Source of the DNA: Amphiscolops sp. MND2022
Taxonomy: Eukaryota
Direction: 5' to 3'
Assembly (NCBI GenBank): GCA_964187785.1
Contig: OZ076414.1
Span: 29,946,001-30,010,000 of the forward strand
DNA length: 64,000 bases
Positions within the stretch are counted from its first letter, which is position 1; every line of letters starts with the position of its first letter. Under the pieces are notes generated by a model. It did no database searches. It was not told the origin of the DNA and saw only the letters and a list, made by a program, of their open reading frames with translations. The position numbers and the translations under genes are program-made. Positions 35,901 through 47,434 of this stretch are shown here, in pieces.

Positions 35901-36320
35901 TCTGACGCTACAGATTTGGACGCATTAACTCCAAATCATTTCCTATTGGGAACCGCGAGTTCCACATTGCCATCGCACGAAAGAGCCGACGTAGACCACA
36001 GGAAACGCTACGCACGAGCGCAAGCGTACTCAGATGCAATTTGGGACCGTTGGTTAAAAGATTACGTTCCGTCGCTTAACCGCCGTACAAAGTGGTCTGC
36101 CCAATCAGATCGAGACTTGAAGACCGGAGATCTTGTCTGGATCGTCGAGCCCACGAGTCCACGAGGACATTATCCACTTGCACGTGTGGTTAAGTTGAAC
36201 TACGGACCCGACTCAGTCGCCCGCTCTGCAGAACTGAAGACAACAACAGGAAACCTGGTTCGACCCATCGTCAAACTTGCACCCGTTCTCCCGCCCTCTG
36301 TTTCTCCCGATTGCCAATAA
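29901..36320 (+). CDS. BEL/Pao Gag-Pol polyprotein (2139 aa)
   Basis: DUF1759-like Gag; three Cys/His knuckles (CVVCKDKHPLWRC, CFSCFNGQHSFRNC, CTKDGCGSTHNTLLH); protease LCDSACSHS; RT YMDD; RNase H HVFGDSSQ; integrase DYFGP/SDNGTNF/WER; DUF5641-like tail. Confidence 0.98.
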   Translation: MSDPIHEKVQKLYDSRAKAEADLNRYQNDVTEAVNNADRRVRVERLVTSCEEAMTKAFAKNEQLLELAKKTNDPATATADLEKWLNVTSIQNDEILRRAREYIDRCPKTDNSSQTSVKAATVKTKSSKASSSKVSKTSSQRQRDLLIAKHKREEVERQNEAALRLAKQKQELELEQLQEENRKRLAEAHLVELELQDDPSEANEEAHETLSRLSRTTDASETRRVSDWVNNSPNVPATNPETETLVTASLATPINNPTVSIPFQQPPINVSQPSFAPGDVNETHMTVHLPTTTAPTMSLNHTPTVQIQTPPSTAQIVGNIVPSTSAVIRQQPGQQTTVPNQIGSFGAHVLPPQPTTRMPTFTMPVNHILPNLSAWTFPNPAVTTAPIPTTILPPTQPTAPTFMPFPHTPTRPASTVPITAGGTVYYVPPATVTTPIVYSTVAQPTTSLSPTAATFVPAGTSTTMQPSTTGFTIQDLALLLASTKKDHLPEWKLAQYDGDPIQWYEWFGQFKSAIDSAPLTDDVKLTYLKTLVTGKAKTAIAEFAYCGAMYRDALKTLERKFGQPQAVVTAYLEKLANFPPVKMHNSESIISYSATICSLVGVFRSLNYVQDLSSASLLGQAVQKLPPNLKEGWSMHTVKRDLNRPTLIDFNDWLKDKAEAHERMKAATRKPKVEETPTGNVTKTKTNSKVFAATTTSTKNTIATKPSTQKFQVNCVVCKDKHPLWRCLVFRKKTPTERAKVVAENKLCFSCFNGQHSFRNCPQPRKCTKDGCGSTHNTLLHGAEKIFPRKSESEKAGNGEATTCSVTTATQRKNEKNEVTSCLPSVSDVKGLLQITEVELQTSEKSDKVLVLCDSACSHSWISSELARKLDVHGTPTKLTVHGINSNKVVDTQMVELKLTPVHSGGSCSSFTVKPYVRDQMTIGNDVIDVDDLKTRYPHLEPIALSKYSYKDVKMILGQDAFHAIRPLEYFESDRRNTPVAVRLPLGWVLSGPLPSTTGLFSTCFKAVTQQEHDCTLSDRLRSWYDIESYGAYKQVDSRSATDARATKILDETTYHDGSRYQVGKLWADDESCLPNNYFSALIQLKSLERRLQKDGDLKASYTKTINDDFSKGYIVQVDKTDCFKVDQPREWYLPHHPVVHPHKPGKVRRVLNGAAKFHGQSLNSALLAGPDLLQSLIHILFRFRQYPFAVSADIEGMFLQVGVIPRDRPSLRFLWREHPAAEVAVFEYVRHIFGSKDSPTCANYALKRTATDNQANFPDAARSVHNNFYMDDYLESSPTAIEASNKAKDLVKMLALGEFKLTKFVSNVPSIPIEVDPNSDTRTTEEKEIPTAEKFSHVLGMKWNHSTDTLVVSRGTSPNTDRKVTQRVVLSLVSAVYDPIGLVAPFTIKARLLLKDIWRLSGQQWDDNLPDDIVTKFLEWSKELSSLNEITIPRSYFCQTVETIELHVFGDSSQDAFGAVAFLRGKLVNDHDVVTQLAFVFGKARVAPMKALTVPKLELQAALLAARLRAEVLRALSLKIDRTFMWSDSSTVLQWLTSLEKQPTFVANRVCEILELTTVDEWHYVPTAHNPADAGTRGMSATDLLNSCWLTGPDFLKTSDFPFKLPEEFDQKVKLNKGADSNKVIETKEHQCTTITATVTEIATTFKWQKYSSYEKLLRIVAYMLRLLPKNESKRTDTGFITDPTELDNAQQRLFHLVQLESFNTERKCLLKSLPLSKSSKIVEFSPFIGPNGLLRASGRTKQLDVASFDMKHPILLDSRHPAVRLYLEQLHETHCHQGVDYLRALVQQQFAIVKLRTALRSIVSNCVTCRKRRAETINPIMSDLPRERLAFKARPFTNTGIDYFGPFYVAVKRSTEKRWGFLFTCLTTRAVHFEVVPSMDTSSCVMGIERFAARRGVPSVLWSDNGTNFIASEKELLQNVSAWNQQILSEALVKKQIHWKFNPPSAPHHGGVWERIVRSFKHVFYAILGNRRLTDEILTTTFCLVEQSLNSRPLVPVSSDATDLDALTPNHFLLGTASSTLPSHERADVDHRKRYARAQAYSDAIWDRWLKDYVPSLNRRTKWSAQSDRDLKTGDLVWIVEPTSPRGHYPLARVVKLNYGPDSVARSAELKTTTGNLVRPIVKLAPVLPPSVSPDCQ

Positions 36321-36540
36321 TCTTGATTGTTTCGTTTTGTTTGTTCCTCTCGTAACCCTACTTATCAAAGAATACCATGTAACATGTAAACCATTTTCTG
36401 AAAAAAAAAATTCATGTAAACCGTTTTTCGAAAAAAAAAATCATTTAAACCGTTTTCCAAAAAAAAAAAAACTTTCCCATGTAACCTTTATCATATTCAG
36501 GTCTAACGTTTTGCATTCATATCTTCTTGGGCCCGGAGGA

Positions 36541-36773
36541 TGTTGCGTCGCAATAGGATCGAATTAAAAGTTTTATTTCGACAAATATTCTCTTTGCTAT
36601 CTCGAATTATTGAGTCATGATTTGTTCATGAATTTTAATGAATTGTTAAAATATTTGCGGGATTAATTTTTAGCTGATGATTCATTGTTGTTTCTCTTTC
36701 AGTTTAATTCACACTGACATCTCTTTGAAACTAACTTTTTCGAGATATAGAGACTGAAATCTATATTTCTTTA
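36541..36773 (+). repeat. BEL 3' LTR
   Basis: Follows PPT gggcccggagga and is followed by TSD tctat, after which the array unit resumes. Confidence 0.96.
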
Positions 36774-39700
36774 TCTATATTTAGTTTGAAGGACACAGTT
36801 TAGGATTCAGATATACACTTAGTTTAAACTATTTCCACCAATGAAGTCATGATTAGGAAATCAACCGCTTCAATTTTCGAATCACAGAAAAGAGTTGAAC
36901 CTTAATGTAATCACTATCAAACTGGCGAAAAATATTTTGTTCAAGCGATGATACATTACTATAGAAGTTTACTTCTTGTTATGCAAAAAAAATACTTTTT
37001 CAATTATACCAGTTTGAAGAACTGTTTAAACTTTTATTTCGAAACATTTAATTGTGGTGGAAAAACAGAAAGGAGATTACACCAGATTTACTAGAAATTC
37101 TAGTTGTTTGAAAGAAAAGGAAGCGAAACCAGTACGCCAGCTGCTACTTCAGGGAACAACCTTTTAGCCAAAAGAGTTTTTTTAGGACATTTTCCTACGC
37201 CCAAAAAATTAGCCATATTTTTGAAGTCATTGGGAAATGATGATGTCTGTAGCTGTAGTTGATAGTGTGAATATATGTTACATCATTGAAAAACAACAAA
37301 AAAATTCCGTTAGAGATTTAGACGTTGAGAAAAATCAAAACTATTTCACTAGGTACAAATTGGCCTTGTCGCAAGTTTCTTAGTCGGCGCTTTTCTTGAA
37401 AAGAGTCGACTATAGTCATGGCTTTTCGCAATTGTTATTTAAAAATTTTTTTCGATACACCCGAACTGACCAAAAAATTTCTATAAAAAGTTCAACAAAT
37501 TTTTAAATTGCCCCTGTTGGCCCGGGAAATTTTTTCCGGATGCTGCAGAAGAGAACACTATGACTTTTTGAAGTCCTTTTGCTGTTTTTGAGACTTAGAT
37601 ATGGCGCTTACTTGGGCCGGTCCCGGCTTGCTTGGTTACTATTTTTGAAGCAATTTTGGAAAAACATTATTCGGAGGTAATCTTCTGCAAAACAACTATC
37701 AATCAAAAAAATTAACATCTGGAAAATCGAAGATGAGGTTGTAGCCATCGTGTGAGGATACATTTGTTGTTTCGTTTCCCCCTAATTAACATAGTCGTGT
37801 TTCAAAGCGGCCTACAAACTTCTCATGTGAAAACTCTTGTCTTGAAATTTTCGATAAGAATCTTACAATTTCGTGGAACCCTTAGTAAGAATCTTGGCAA
37901 GATTCAAATCAAGAGCGCCAAGGATATATACAATCTTGCAAGAACTTGCCAAGAGTTTCGAGAGAAAAACTAGCAAAAGTGAATGAAAACAAGCAAAAAC
38001 CCACGCCTACTTCGACTTGATCAGTGTACCAATCAAGGTACCAACCACGCTGTTCGCGCTACCAACCAAGCTATCATGTTCTGAATTTCAATATTTTGTG
38101 TTGTCTTGTATCCAATACTTCAAAGATTGATAGTTAGGCGGTAGTGCTCAAACAGTTAAAACTAACATTTTGGAAACTAGTTCTCACTGCTAATAATTAA
38201 ACGAAGAAGATTGATGAACCGATGAACCCAATTTGATTGGACTTTCAGAAGCACGTGACTAAAAAAACAAGAGTAAAACATGAGACTGAAGTAGAATAAA
38301 ACCAACAATTGCCATATTGAAAAACAAATTCCGACACATGAACGATTAAACAAAGTTCTTTTCTGTTCAACCACCAATTTGCTTTGGAAAAAGGTGAAAC
38401 TATAAATATGGCTGATATGACCAAAAACCAAAATAAAATCTTCAATTTTATGTTTAGTTTCAAGGTCACAGTTTAGGATCCAGATATACACTTAGTTTAA
38501 ACTATGTCCACCTATGAAGTCATGACTAGGAAATCAACAGCTTCATTTTTCGAATCACAAAAAAAGTTCAATCTCAATGTAATCACTATCAAACTGGCGA
38601 AAAATATTTAGTTCAAACGATGATACATTACAACAGAAGTTTACTTCTTGTTATGCAAAAAATTTTACTTTTTAATTATACCAATTTGAAGAACTGTTTA
38701 AACTTTTATTTCATAACATTTGATTGTGGTGGAAAACCAGAAAGGAGATACACCATATTTACTGGAAATTCTAGTTATTTGAAAGAAAAGGAAGTGAAAC
38801 CAGTAACCCAGCTGCTACTTCAGAGATTAACCTTTTAGCAAAAAGAGTATTTTTTAGGAATTTTTCCTACACCCAAACAATTAGCGATAATTTTGAAGTC
38901 ATTGGGAAATGATGATGTCTGTAGCTGTAGTTGATAGTGTGAATATATGTTACATCATTGAAAAACAACAAAAAATTTCCGTTAGAGATTTAGACGTTGA
39001 GAAAAATCAAAACTATTTCACTAGGTACAAATTTGGCTTGTCGCAAGTTTCTTAGTCGGCGCTTTTCTTGAAAAGAGTTGACTATAGTCATGGCTTTTCG
39101 CAATTGTTTTTTAAAATTTTGTTTCGATACACCTGAAGTGACCAAAACAATTCTACAAAAAGTTCAACAAAATTTTTAAATTGCCCCTGTTGGCCCGGGA
39201 AATTTTTTTCGGGTGCTGTTGAAAAGAATACTTTGACACTTTGAAGTCCTTTTGCTGTTTTTGAGACTTAGATATGGCGCCTACTTGGGCCAGTCCCGGC
39301 TTGTTTGGTTACATTTTTTGAAGCAATTTTGGAAAAACATTATTCGGAGGTAATCTTCTGCAAAACAACTATCAATCAAAAAGTAATACAACTGGAAAAT
39401 CGAAGATGAGGTTGTAGCCATCGTGTGACGTTACATTCGTAGTTTCGTTTAACCCTAATTAACCTAGTCGTGTTTCAAAGTAGCCTACAAACTTCCCAGT
39501 GAGAAAACTCTTGAAATTCTCGATAAGAGTCCTAAAATTTCTTGAAACCCTTGGTAAGAATCTTGGCAAGAATCATATCAAGAGCGCCAATGATATGTAC
39601 AATCTTGCAAGATCTTGCCAAGCGTTTCAAGAGAAAAGCTGGGAAAAGTGAATGAAAACAAACAAAAACCCACACAAACTATCAAGGTACCTACCACGCT

Positions 39701-40699
39701 CTTCGCGCTACCAACCAAGCTATCATGTTCTGAATTTCAATATTTTGTGTTGTCTTGCATCCAATACTTCAAAGAATGATAGTTAGGTGGCAGTGCTCAA
39801 ACAGTAAAAACTAACATTTTGGAGACTAGTCTCACTGCTAATAATTAAACAAAGAAGATTGATGAACCGATGAACCCAATTTGATTGGACTTTCAGAAGC
39901 ACGTGACTCAAAGAACAAGAGTGAAACATGAGACTGAAGTAGAATAAAACCAACAATTGCCATATTGAAAAACAATTCCGACACATGAACGATTAAACAA
40001 GGTTCTTTTCTGTTCAACCACCAATTTGCTTTGGAAAAAGGTGAAACTATAAAAATGGCTAAAATGACCAAAAACCAAAGTAAAATTTTCAATTCTATGT
40101 TTAGTTTCGAGGTCACAGTTTAGGATCCAGATATTCACTTAGTTTAAACTATTTCCACCAATGAAGTCATGACTAGGAAATCAACAGCTTCAATTTTCGA
40201 ATCACAAAAAAGAGTTGAACCTCAATGTAATCACTATCAAACTGACGAAAAATATTTTGTTCAAACGATGATACATTACTATAGAAGTTTACTTCTTATC
40301 ATGCAAAAAATTTTACTTTTTGATTATACCAGTTTGAAGAACTGTTTAACTTTTATTTCAAAACTTTGATTGTGGTGGAAAAACAGAAAGGAGATTACAC
40401 CATATTTACTGGAAGTTCTAGTTATTTGAAAGAAAAGGAAGTAAAATCATTACCCCAGCTGCTACTTCAGGGAACAACTTTTCAGCAAAAAGAGTATTTT
40501 TTAGGAATTTTGCCTACTCCCAAACAATTAGCAATAATTGTGAAGTTATTGGGAAATGATGATGTCTCCAGTTGTAGTTGATAGTGTGAATATATGTTAC
40601 ATCATTGAAAACAACAAAAAACTTCCGTTGGGGATTTAGACGTTGAGAAAAATCAAAACTATTTTACCAGATTGAAGTTTGGCTCGTCGCAAATTTCTA

Positions 40700-40950
40700 A
40701 GTCGGCGCTTTTCCTGCAAAGAGCCGACTATAGTCATGGCCTTCCGTGAGTGTTTTTAAATTTTGTTTTTCGATACACCTGAAGTGACCAAAATATTTCT
40801 ACAAAAAGTTCAACAAAATTTTAAAGTGCCCCTGTTGGCCCGGAAAAATTTTTTTGGGTGCTGTAGAAGAGAATACTTTGACACTTTGAAGTCCTTTTGC
40901 TGTTTTTGAGACTTAGATATGGCGCCTAAGTGGGCCAGTCCCGGCTTGTT
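40700..40950 (+). mobile_element. Short family C HINE embedded in the 1.66-kb unit (one of 6 equivalent copies)
   Basis: Head AGTCGGCGC-ttttcctgcaaa-gagccgactatag; tail tttgagacttagatatggcgccta..gggccagtcccggc. Equivalents near 37381, 39053, 42360, 44030 and 45683. Confidence 0.6.
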
Positions 40951-43900
40951 TGGTTACACTTTTTGAAGCAATTGTGGTAAGTAATTATTCGGAGGTAACC
41001 TTCTGCACAACCTCTATCCATCAAAAAGTGAAAACAACTGGAAAATCGAAGATGAGGTTAAAGCTGTGACGTTACATTCGTAGTTTCGTTTAACCCTAAT
41101 TAACCTAGTCGTGTTTCAAAGTAGCCTACAAACTTCCCAGTGAGAAAACTCTTGAAATTCTCGATAAAAGTCCTACAATTTCTTGAAACCCTTAGTAAGA
41201 ATCTTGGCAAGAATCATATCAAGAGCGCCAATGATATGTACAATCTTGCAAGATCTTGCCAAGCGTTTCAAGAGAAAAGCTGGGAAAAGTGAATGAAAAC
41301 AAACAAAAACCCACACAAACTTCGACTTGATCAGTGTACCTATCAAGGTACCTACCACGCTCTTCGCGCTACCAACCAAGCTATCATGTTCTGAATTTCA
41401 ATATTTTGTGTTGTCTTGCATCCAATACTTCAAAGAATGATAGTTAGGTGGTAGTGCTCAAACAGTTAAAACTAACATTTTGGAGACTAGTCTCACTGCT
41501 AATAATTAAACGAAGAAGATTGATGAACCGATGAACCCAATTTGATTGGACTTTCAGAAGCACGTGACTCAAAGAACAAGAGTGAAACATGAGACTGAAG
41601 TAGAATAAAACCAACAATTGCCATATTGAAAAACAATTCCGACACATGAACGATTAAACAAGGTTCTTTTCTGTTCAACCACCAATTTGCTTTGGAAAAA
41701 GGTGAAACTATAAAAATGGCTAAAATGACCAAAAACAAAGTAAAATTTTCAATTCTTTGTTTAGTTTCGAGGTCACAGTTTAGGATCCAGATATACACTT
41801 AGTTTAAACTATTTCCACCAATGAAGTCATGACTAGGAAATCAACAGCTTCAATTTTCGAATCACAAAAAAGAGTTGAACCTCAATGTAATCACTATCAA
41901 ACTGGCGGAAAATATTTTGTTCAAACGATAATACATTACTATAGAAGTTTACTTCTTATTATGCAAAAAATTTTACTTTTTAATTAGACCAGTTTGAAGA
42001 ACTGCTTAAACTTTTATTTCAAAACATTTGATTGTGGTGGAAAAACAGAAAGGAGATTACACCATATTTACTGGAAATTCTAGTTATTTGAAAGAAAAGG
42101 AAGTAAAACCAGTACCCCAGCTGCTACTTCAGGGAACAACCTTTTAGCAAAAAGAGTATTTTTAGGAATTTTGCCTACTCCCAAACAATTAGCGATAATT
42201 TTGAAGTTATTGGGAAATGATGATGTCTCTAGTTGTAGTTGATAGTGTGAATATATGTTACATCATTGAAAACAACAAAAAATTTCCGTTGGGGATTTAG
42301 ACGTTGAGAAAAATCAAAACTATTTTACCAGATTGAAGTTTGGCTCGTCGCAAATTTCTAAGTCGGCGCTTTTCCTGCAAAGAGCCGACTATAGTCATGG
42401 CCTTCCGTGAGTGTTTTTAAATTTTGTTTTTCGATACACCTGAAGTGACCAAAATAATTCTACAAAAAGTTCAACAAAATTTTAAAGTGCACGTTTTGAT
42501 CCGGAAAAATTTTTTCGGGTGCTGTAGAAGAGAATACTTTGACACTTTGAAGTCCTTTTGCTGTTTTTGAGACTTAGATATGGCGCCTACTTGGGCCAGT
42601 CCCGGCTTGTTTGGTTACACTTTTGGAAGCAATTGTGGTAAGTAATTATTCGGAGGTAACCTTCTGCACAACATCTATCCATCAAAACGTTATACAACTG
42701 GAAAATCGAAGATGAGGTTGAAGCCATCGTGTGACATTACATTCGTTGTTTCGTTTAACCCTAATTAACCTAGTCGTGTTTCAAAGTAGCCTACAAACTT
42801 CCCAGTGAGAAAACTCTTGAAATTCTCGATAAGAGTCCTAAAATTTCTTGAAACCCTTGGTAAGAATCTTGGCAAGAATCATATCAAGAGCGCCAATGAT
42901 ATGTACAATCTTGCAAGATCTTGCCAAGCGTTTCAAGAGAAAAGCTGGGAAAAGTGAATGAAAACAAACAAAGACCCACACAAACTTCGACTTGATCAGT
43001 GTACCTATCAAGGTACCTACCAAGCTCTTCGCGCTACCAACCAAGCTATCATGTTCTGAATTTCAATATTTCCTGTTGTCTTGCATCCAATACTTCAAAG
43101 AATGATAGTTAGGTGGCAGTGCTCAAACAGTTAAAACTAATATTTTGGAGACTAGTCTCACTGCTAATAATTAAACGAAGAAGATTGATGAACCGATGAA
43201 GCCAATTTGATTGGACATTCAGTAGCACGTGACTCAAAGAACAAGAGTGAAACATGAGACTGAAGTAGAATAAAACCAACAATTGCCATATTGAAAAACA
43301 AATTCCGACACGTGAACGATTAAACAAGGTTCTTTTCTGTTCAACCACCAATTTGCTTTGGAAAAAGGTGAAACTATAAAAATGGCTAAAATGACCAAAA
43401 ACCAAAGTAAAATTTTCAATTCTATGTTTAGTTTTGAGGTCACAGTTTAGGATCCAGATATACACTTAGTTTAAACTATTTCCACCAATGAAGTCATGAC
43501 TAGGAAATCAACAGCTTCAATTTTCGAATCACAAAAAAGAGTTGAACCTCAATGTAATCACTATCAAACTGGCGAAAAATATTTTGTTTAAACGATGATA
43601 CATTACTATAGAAGTTTACTTCTTATTAGGCAAAAAATTTTACTTTTTAATTATACCAGTTTGAAGATCTGTTTAAACTTTTATTTCAAAATAATTGTTT
43701 GTGGTGGAAAAACAGAAAGGAGATTACACCAGATTTGCTGGAAATTCTAGTTATTTGAAAGAAAAGGAAGTGAAACCGGTACCCCAGCTGCTACTTCAGG
43801 GAACAACCTTTTAGCAAAAAAAGTATTTTTTTAGGAATTTTGCCTACTCCCAAACAATTACCGATAATTTTGAAGTTATTGGGAAATGATGATGTCTCTA

Positions 43901-46539
43901 GTTGTAGTTGATAGTGTGAATATATGTTACATCATTGAAAACAACAAAAAATTTCCGTTGGGGATTTAGACGTTGAGAAAAATCAAATTTATTTTACCAG
44001 ATTGAAGTTTGGCTCGTCGCAAATTTCTAAGTCGGCGCTTCTCCTGCGAAGAGCCGACTATAGTCATGGCCTTCCGTGAGTGTTTTTGAATTTTGTTTTT
44101 CGATACACCTGAAGTGACCAAAATAATTCTACAAAAAGTTCAACAAATTTTTAAAGTGCCCCTGTTGGCCCGGGAAGTTTTTTTCGGGTGCTGTTGAAGA
44201 GAATACTTTGACACTTTGAAGTCCTTTTGCAGTTTTTGAGACTTAGATATGGCGCCTACTTGGGCCGGTCCCGGCTTGCTTGGTTACATTTTTTGAAGCA
44301 ATTTTGGAAAAACATTTTTCGGAGGTAATCTTCTGCAAAACAACTATCAATCAAAAAGTTATACAACTGGAAAATCGAAGATGAGGTTGAAGCCATCGTG
44401 TGACGTTACATTCGTAGTTTCGTTTAACCCTAATTAACCTAGTCGTGTTTCAAAGTAGCCTACAAACTTCCCAGTGAGAAAACTCTTGAAATTATCGATA
44501 AGAGTCCTACAATTTCTTGAAACCCTTGGTAAGAATCTTGGCAAGAATCATATCAAGAGCGCCAATGATATGTACAATCTTGCAAGATCTTGCCAAGAGT
44601 TTCAAGAAAAAAGCTGGGAAAAGTGAATGAAAACAAACAAAAACCCACACAAACTTCGACTTGATCAGTGTACCTATCAAGGTACCTACCACGCTCTTCG
44701 CGCTACCAACCAAGCTATCTTGTTTTGGATTTCAAAATTTTGTGTTGTCTTGTATCCAATACTTCAAAGAATGATAGTTAGGTGGTAGTGCTCAAACAGT
44801 TTCAACTAACTTTTTGGAGACTATTTCTCACTGCTAATACTCAAATGAAGAAGATTGATGAACCGATGAACCCAATTTGATTGGACTTTCAGAAGCTCGT
44901 GACTAAAAAACAAGAGTAAAACATGAGACTGAAGTAGAATAAAACCAACAATTGCCATATTGAAAAACAAATTCCGACACATGAACGATTAAACAAAGTT
45001 CTTTTCTGTTCAACCACCAATTTGCTTTGGAAATAAGTGATACTATAAATATGGCTAAAATGACTGAAAACCAAATCAAAATCTTCAATTCTATATTTAA
45101 TTTCAAGGTCACAGTTTAGGAACCAGATATAAACTTAGTTTAAACAGTCATGACTAGGGAATTAACAGCTTCAGTTTTCGAATCACAAAAAAAAGAGTTG
45201 AACTTTAAGTATTCAGTATCAAAATGGCGAAATATATTTTGTTCAAACGATGAAACATTACTATAGAAGTTTACTTCTTGTTATGCCAAAAGTTTTACTT
45301 TTTAATTATACCAATTGAAGAACTGTTTAAACTTTTATTTCAAAATAATTGTTTGTGGTGGAAAAACAGAAAGGAGATTACACCAGATTTGCTGGAAGTT
45401 CTAGTTATTTAAAAGAAAAGGAAGCGAAACCAGTACGCCAGCTGCTACTTCAGGGAACAACATTTTAGCCAAAAGACTATTTTTTAGGAGTTTTTCCTAC
45501 CCCCAAACAATTAGCAATATTTTTGAAGTCATTGGGAAATGATGATGTCTGTAGCTGTAGTTCATAGTGTGAATATATGTTACATCATTGAAAAAGAACA
45601 AAAAATTTCCGTTAGAGATTTAGACGTTGAGAAAAATCAAAACTATTTCACTAAAAACGGATTTGGCTCGTCGCAAATTTCTAAGTCGGCGCTTTTCTTT
45701 CAAAGAGCCGACTACAGTCATGGCCTTTCGTGAGTGTTTTTAAAAATATTTTTTTTCGATACACCTGAAGTGACCAAAATATTTCTACAAAAAGTTCCAC
45801 AAAATATTAAATTGCCCCGTGTTGGCCCGGGACAATTTTTTCGGGTGCTGTTGAAGAGAATACTTTGACACTTTGAAGTCCTTTTGCAGTTTTTGAGACT
45901 TAGATATGGCGCCTACTTGGGCCGGTCCCGGCTTGCTTGGTTACGTTTTTTGAAGCAATTTTGGAAAAACATTATTCGGAGGTAATCTTCTGCAAAACAA
46001 CTATCAATCAAAAAGTTAAACATCTGGAAAATCGAAGATGAGGTTGTAGCCATCGTGTGAGGTTACATTTGTAGTTTCGTTTAACCCTAATTAACCTAGT
46101 CGTGTTTCAAAGCTGCCTACAAACTTCCCAGTGAGAAAACTCTTGAATTTCTCGATAATTGATTTGATTACACGATAATTCACTCTTGATTATTCAATTA
46201 CTCACTGGTTGAGTGATGTTACCAGAAAATAAGTGTGCATTAGAACCAAAAATTGGCCATTCAAATTCCGGGACGCCATCCCAGTCGTAAAATCTCCGTA
46301 AAATCATTCAACCAAATTACAACTTCATATCGAAGATTATTTAATTGTGCCAACTGGCAAAAAAGTAGACGATTTTAAGATTGTTCTTATTAGTCGGTGA
46401 ATTTCAGTAGACAATGAGCGCGACTAATACAATGGCAACTTTTTTTCCTTTTTTTCGTCAGATAACAGAATGTATGCGTAGCGACAACTTTTACAGAACT
46501 ACTAAGCTACTAGACCGGCGAGCTGGAACGCATCTAAGT

Positions 46540-46910
46540 TAGTGCAAAGGGTCCCCCTTTCGTTTATTCCATTTTTAACGTAAGATACAAAACTGGGCGA
46601 GACAATTGGCCCCCTTCCAATTTTTTTGACACTGTGCAACTTTTTTGATTTTTTTTGTCCCCAAAGGGTCCCCTTTCGCTTTTATTGAAGTTTCCCCTCG
46701 TAATATCCGGAGTAAAGCCCTGTATCCGAACTTTTGACGTTTTATCTGAACTATATTACGTTTTAGTAAGGAGGAGGCTGAATAATCGAAAATAGGAGAC
46801 TGTCATGAAAACGTCCTCATGACATGTTCTAAAAAGACCCATGTTCTAAAAACTGCGCTTTTTGAGCCTTACATATAGCGCCAACTTCAGACGTTCACGT
46901 CTGCTTCAGT
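46540..46910 (+). mobile_element. Partial family C HINE
   Basis: AAAGGGTCCCC body motifs; tail tttgagccttacatatagcgccaactt + hairpin cagacg-ttca-cgtctg (46888-46903). Confidence 0.6.
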
Positions 46911-47324
46911 TTGTACAACATTTCATTACTCGTTTCATACATACCGAAAAAGTAGCACATTTTGTCTCTGACGTTGTCCAGACCCACTACACAACACACT
47001 TTGTTTTATTCGCACAAATAGGGTACAAAAAGATTTTTTTGACTTGACGATTTTCAGCACTTTTCATAGCTAGAATGTGCATCGCGGCACAGCTGGGGAT
47101 GCGACAGTTCTCGGTTTCAGAGGGAGTTTCCAAAGCGAGCAGAAAGTGCGAGATGGATCGTATGGAAGTTGATATGGGGTAATGTAAGAGGGATCGATAC
47201 TTCTATTTGTACGAAAACCACAAGATTCTATCTTATTCTGTTTCTGCTCATTGATTAAATAGATGAAAGTTTCATTTTTACGTAATCATTTCTTTGGGTT
47301 CTTTCATGAAAATTCAAGTGACTC

Positions 47325-47434
47325 GTTGACCAACGAATTATTTTAACCCACGTTTTATGGATGCAATTTTATGTAACGATCGTTACATAAAATTACATCC
47401 ATAATACGTGGATCAAAATAATTCGTTGGTCAAC
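47325..47434. repeat. 110-bp spacerless palindrome
   Basis: Centre cga|tcg at 47379/47380; 55-bp arms with 4 mismatches. Confidence 0.9.

Larger units (their letters stand above)
27759..36773 (+). mobile_element. Intact, recently inserted BEL/Pao LTR retrotransposon with an expanded 5' leader
   Basis: 233-bp LTRs at 27759-27991 and 36541-36773 with no differences seen. Perfect TSD tctat (27754-27758 / 36774-36778), PBS TGGTGGCC at 27992, PPT gggcccggagga, single 2139-aa gag-pol ORF. Confidence 0.98.
27458..46158. repeat. ~1.66-kb composite tandem array (~5.8 units), first unit split by the BEL element
   Basis: Phase marker aactaa(c) at 27472, 38160, 39809, 41470, 43135 and 44804. Periods 1668 (after removing the 9020-bp insert), 1649, 1661, 1665 and 1669. 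Confidence 0.95.

Noticed and set aside
38177-45733. Recurrent 60-120-aa ORFs in the 1.66-kb array
   Set aside because: Starts, stops and frames vary between units and the products are low-complexity; not conserved as coding.
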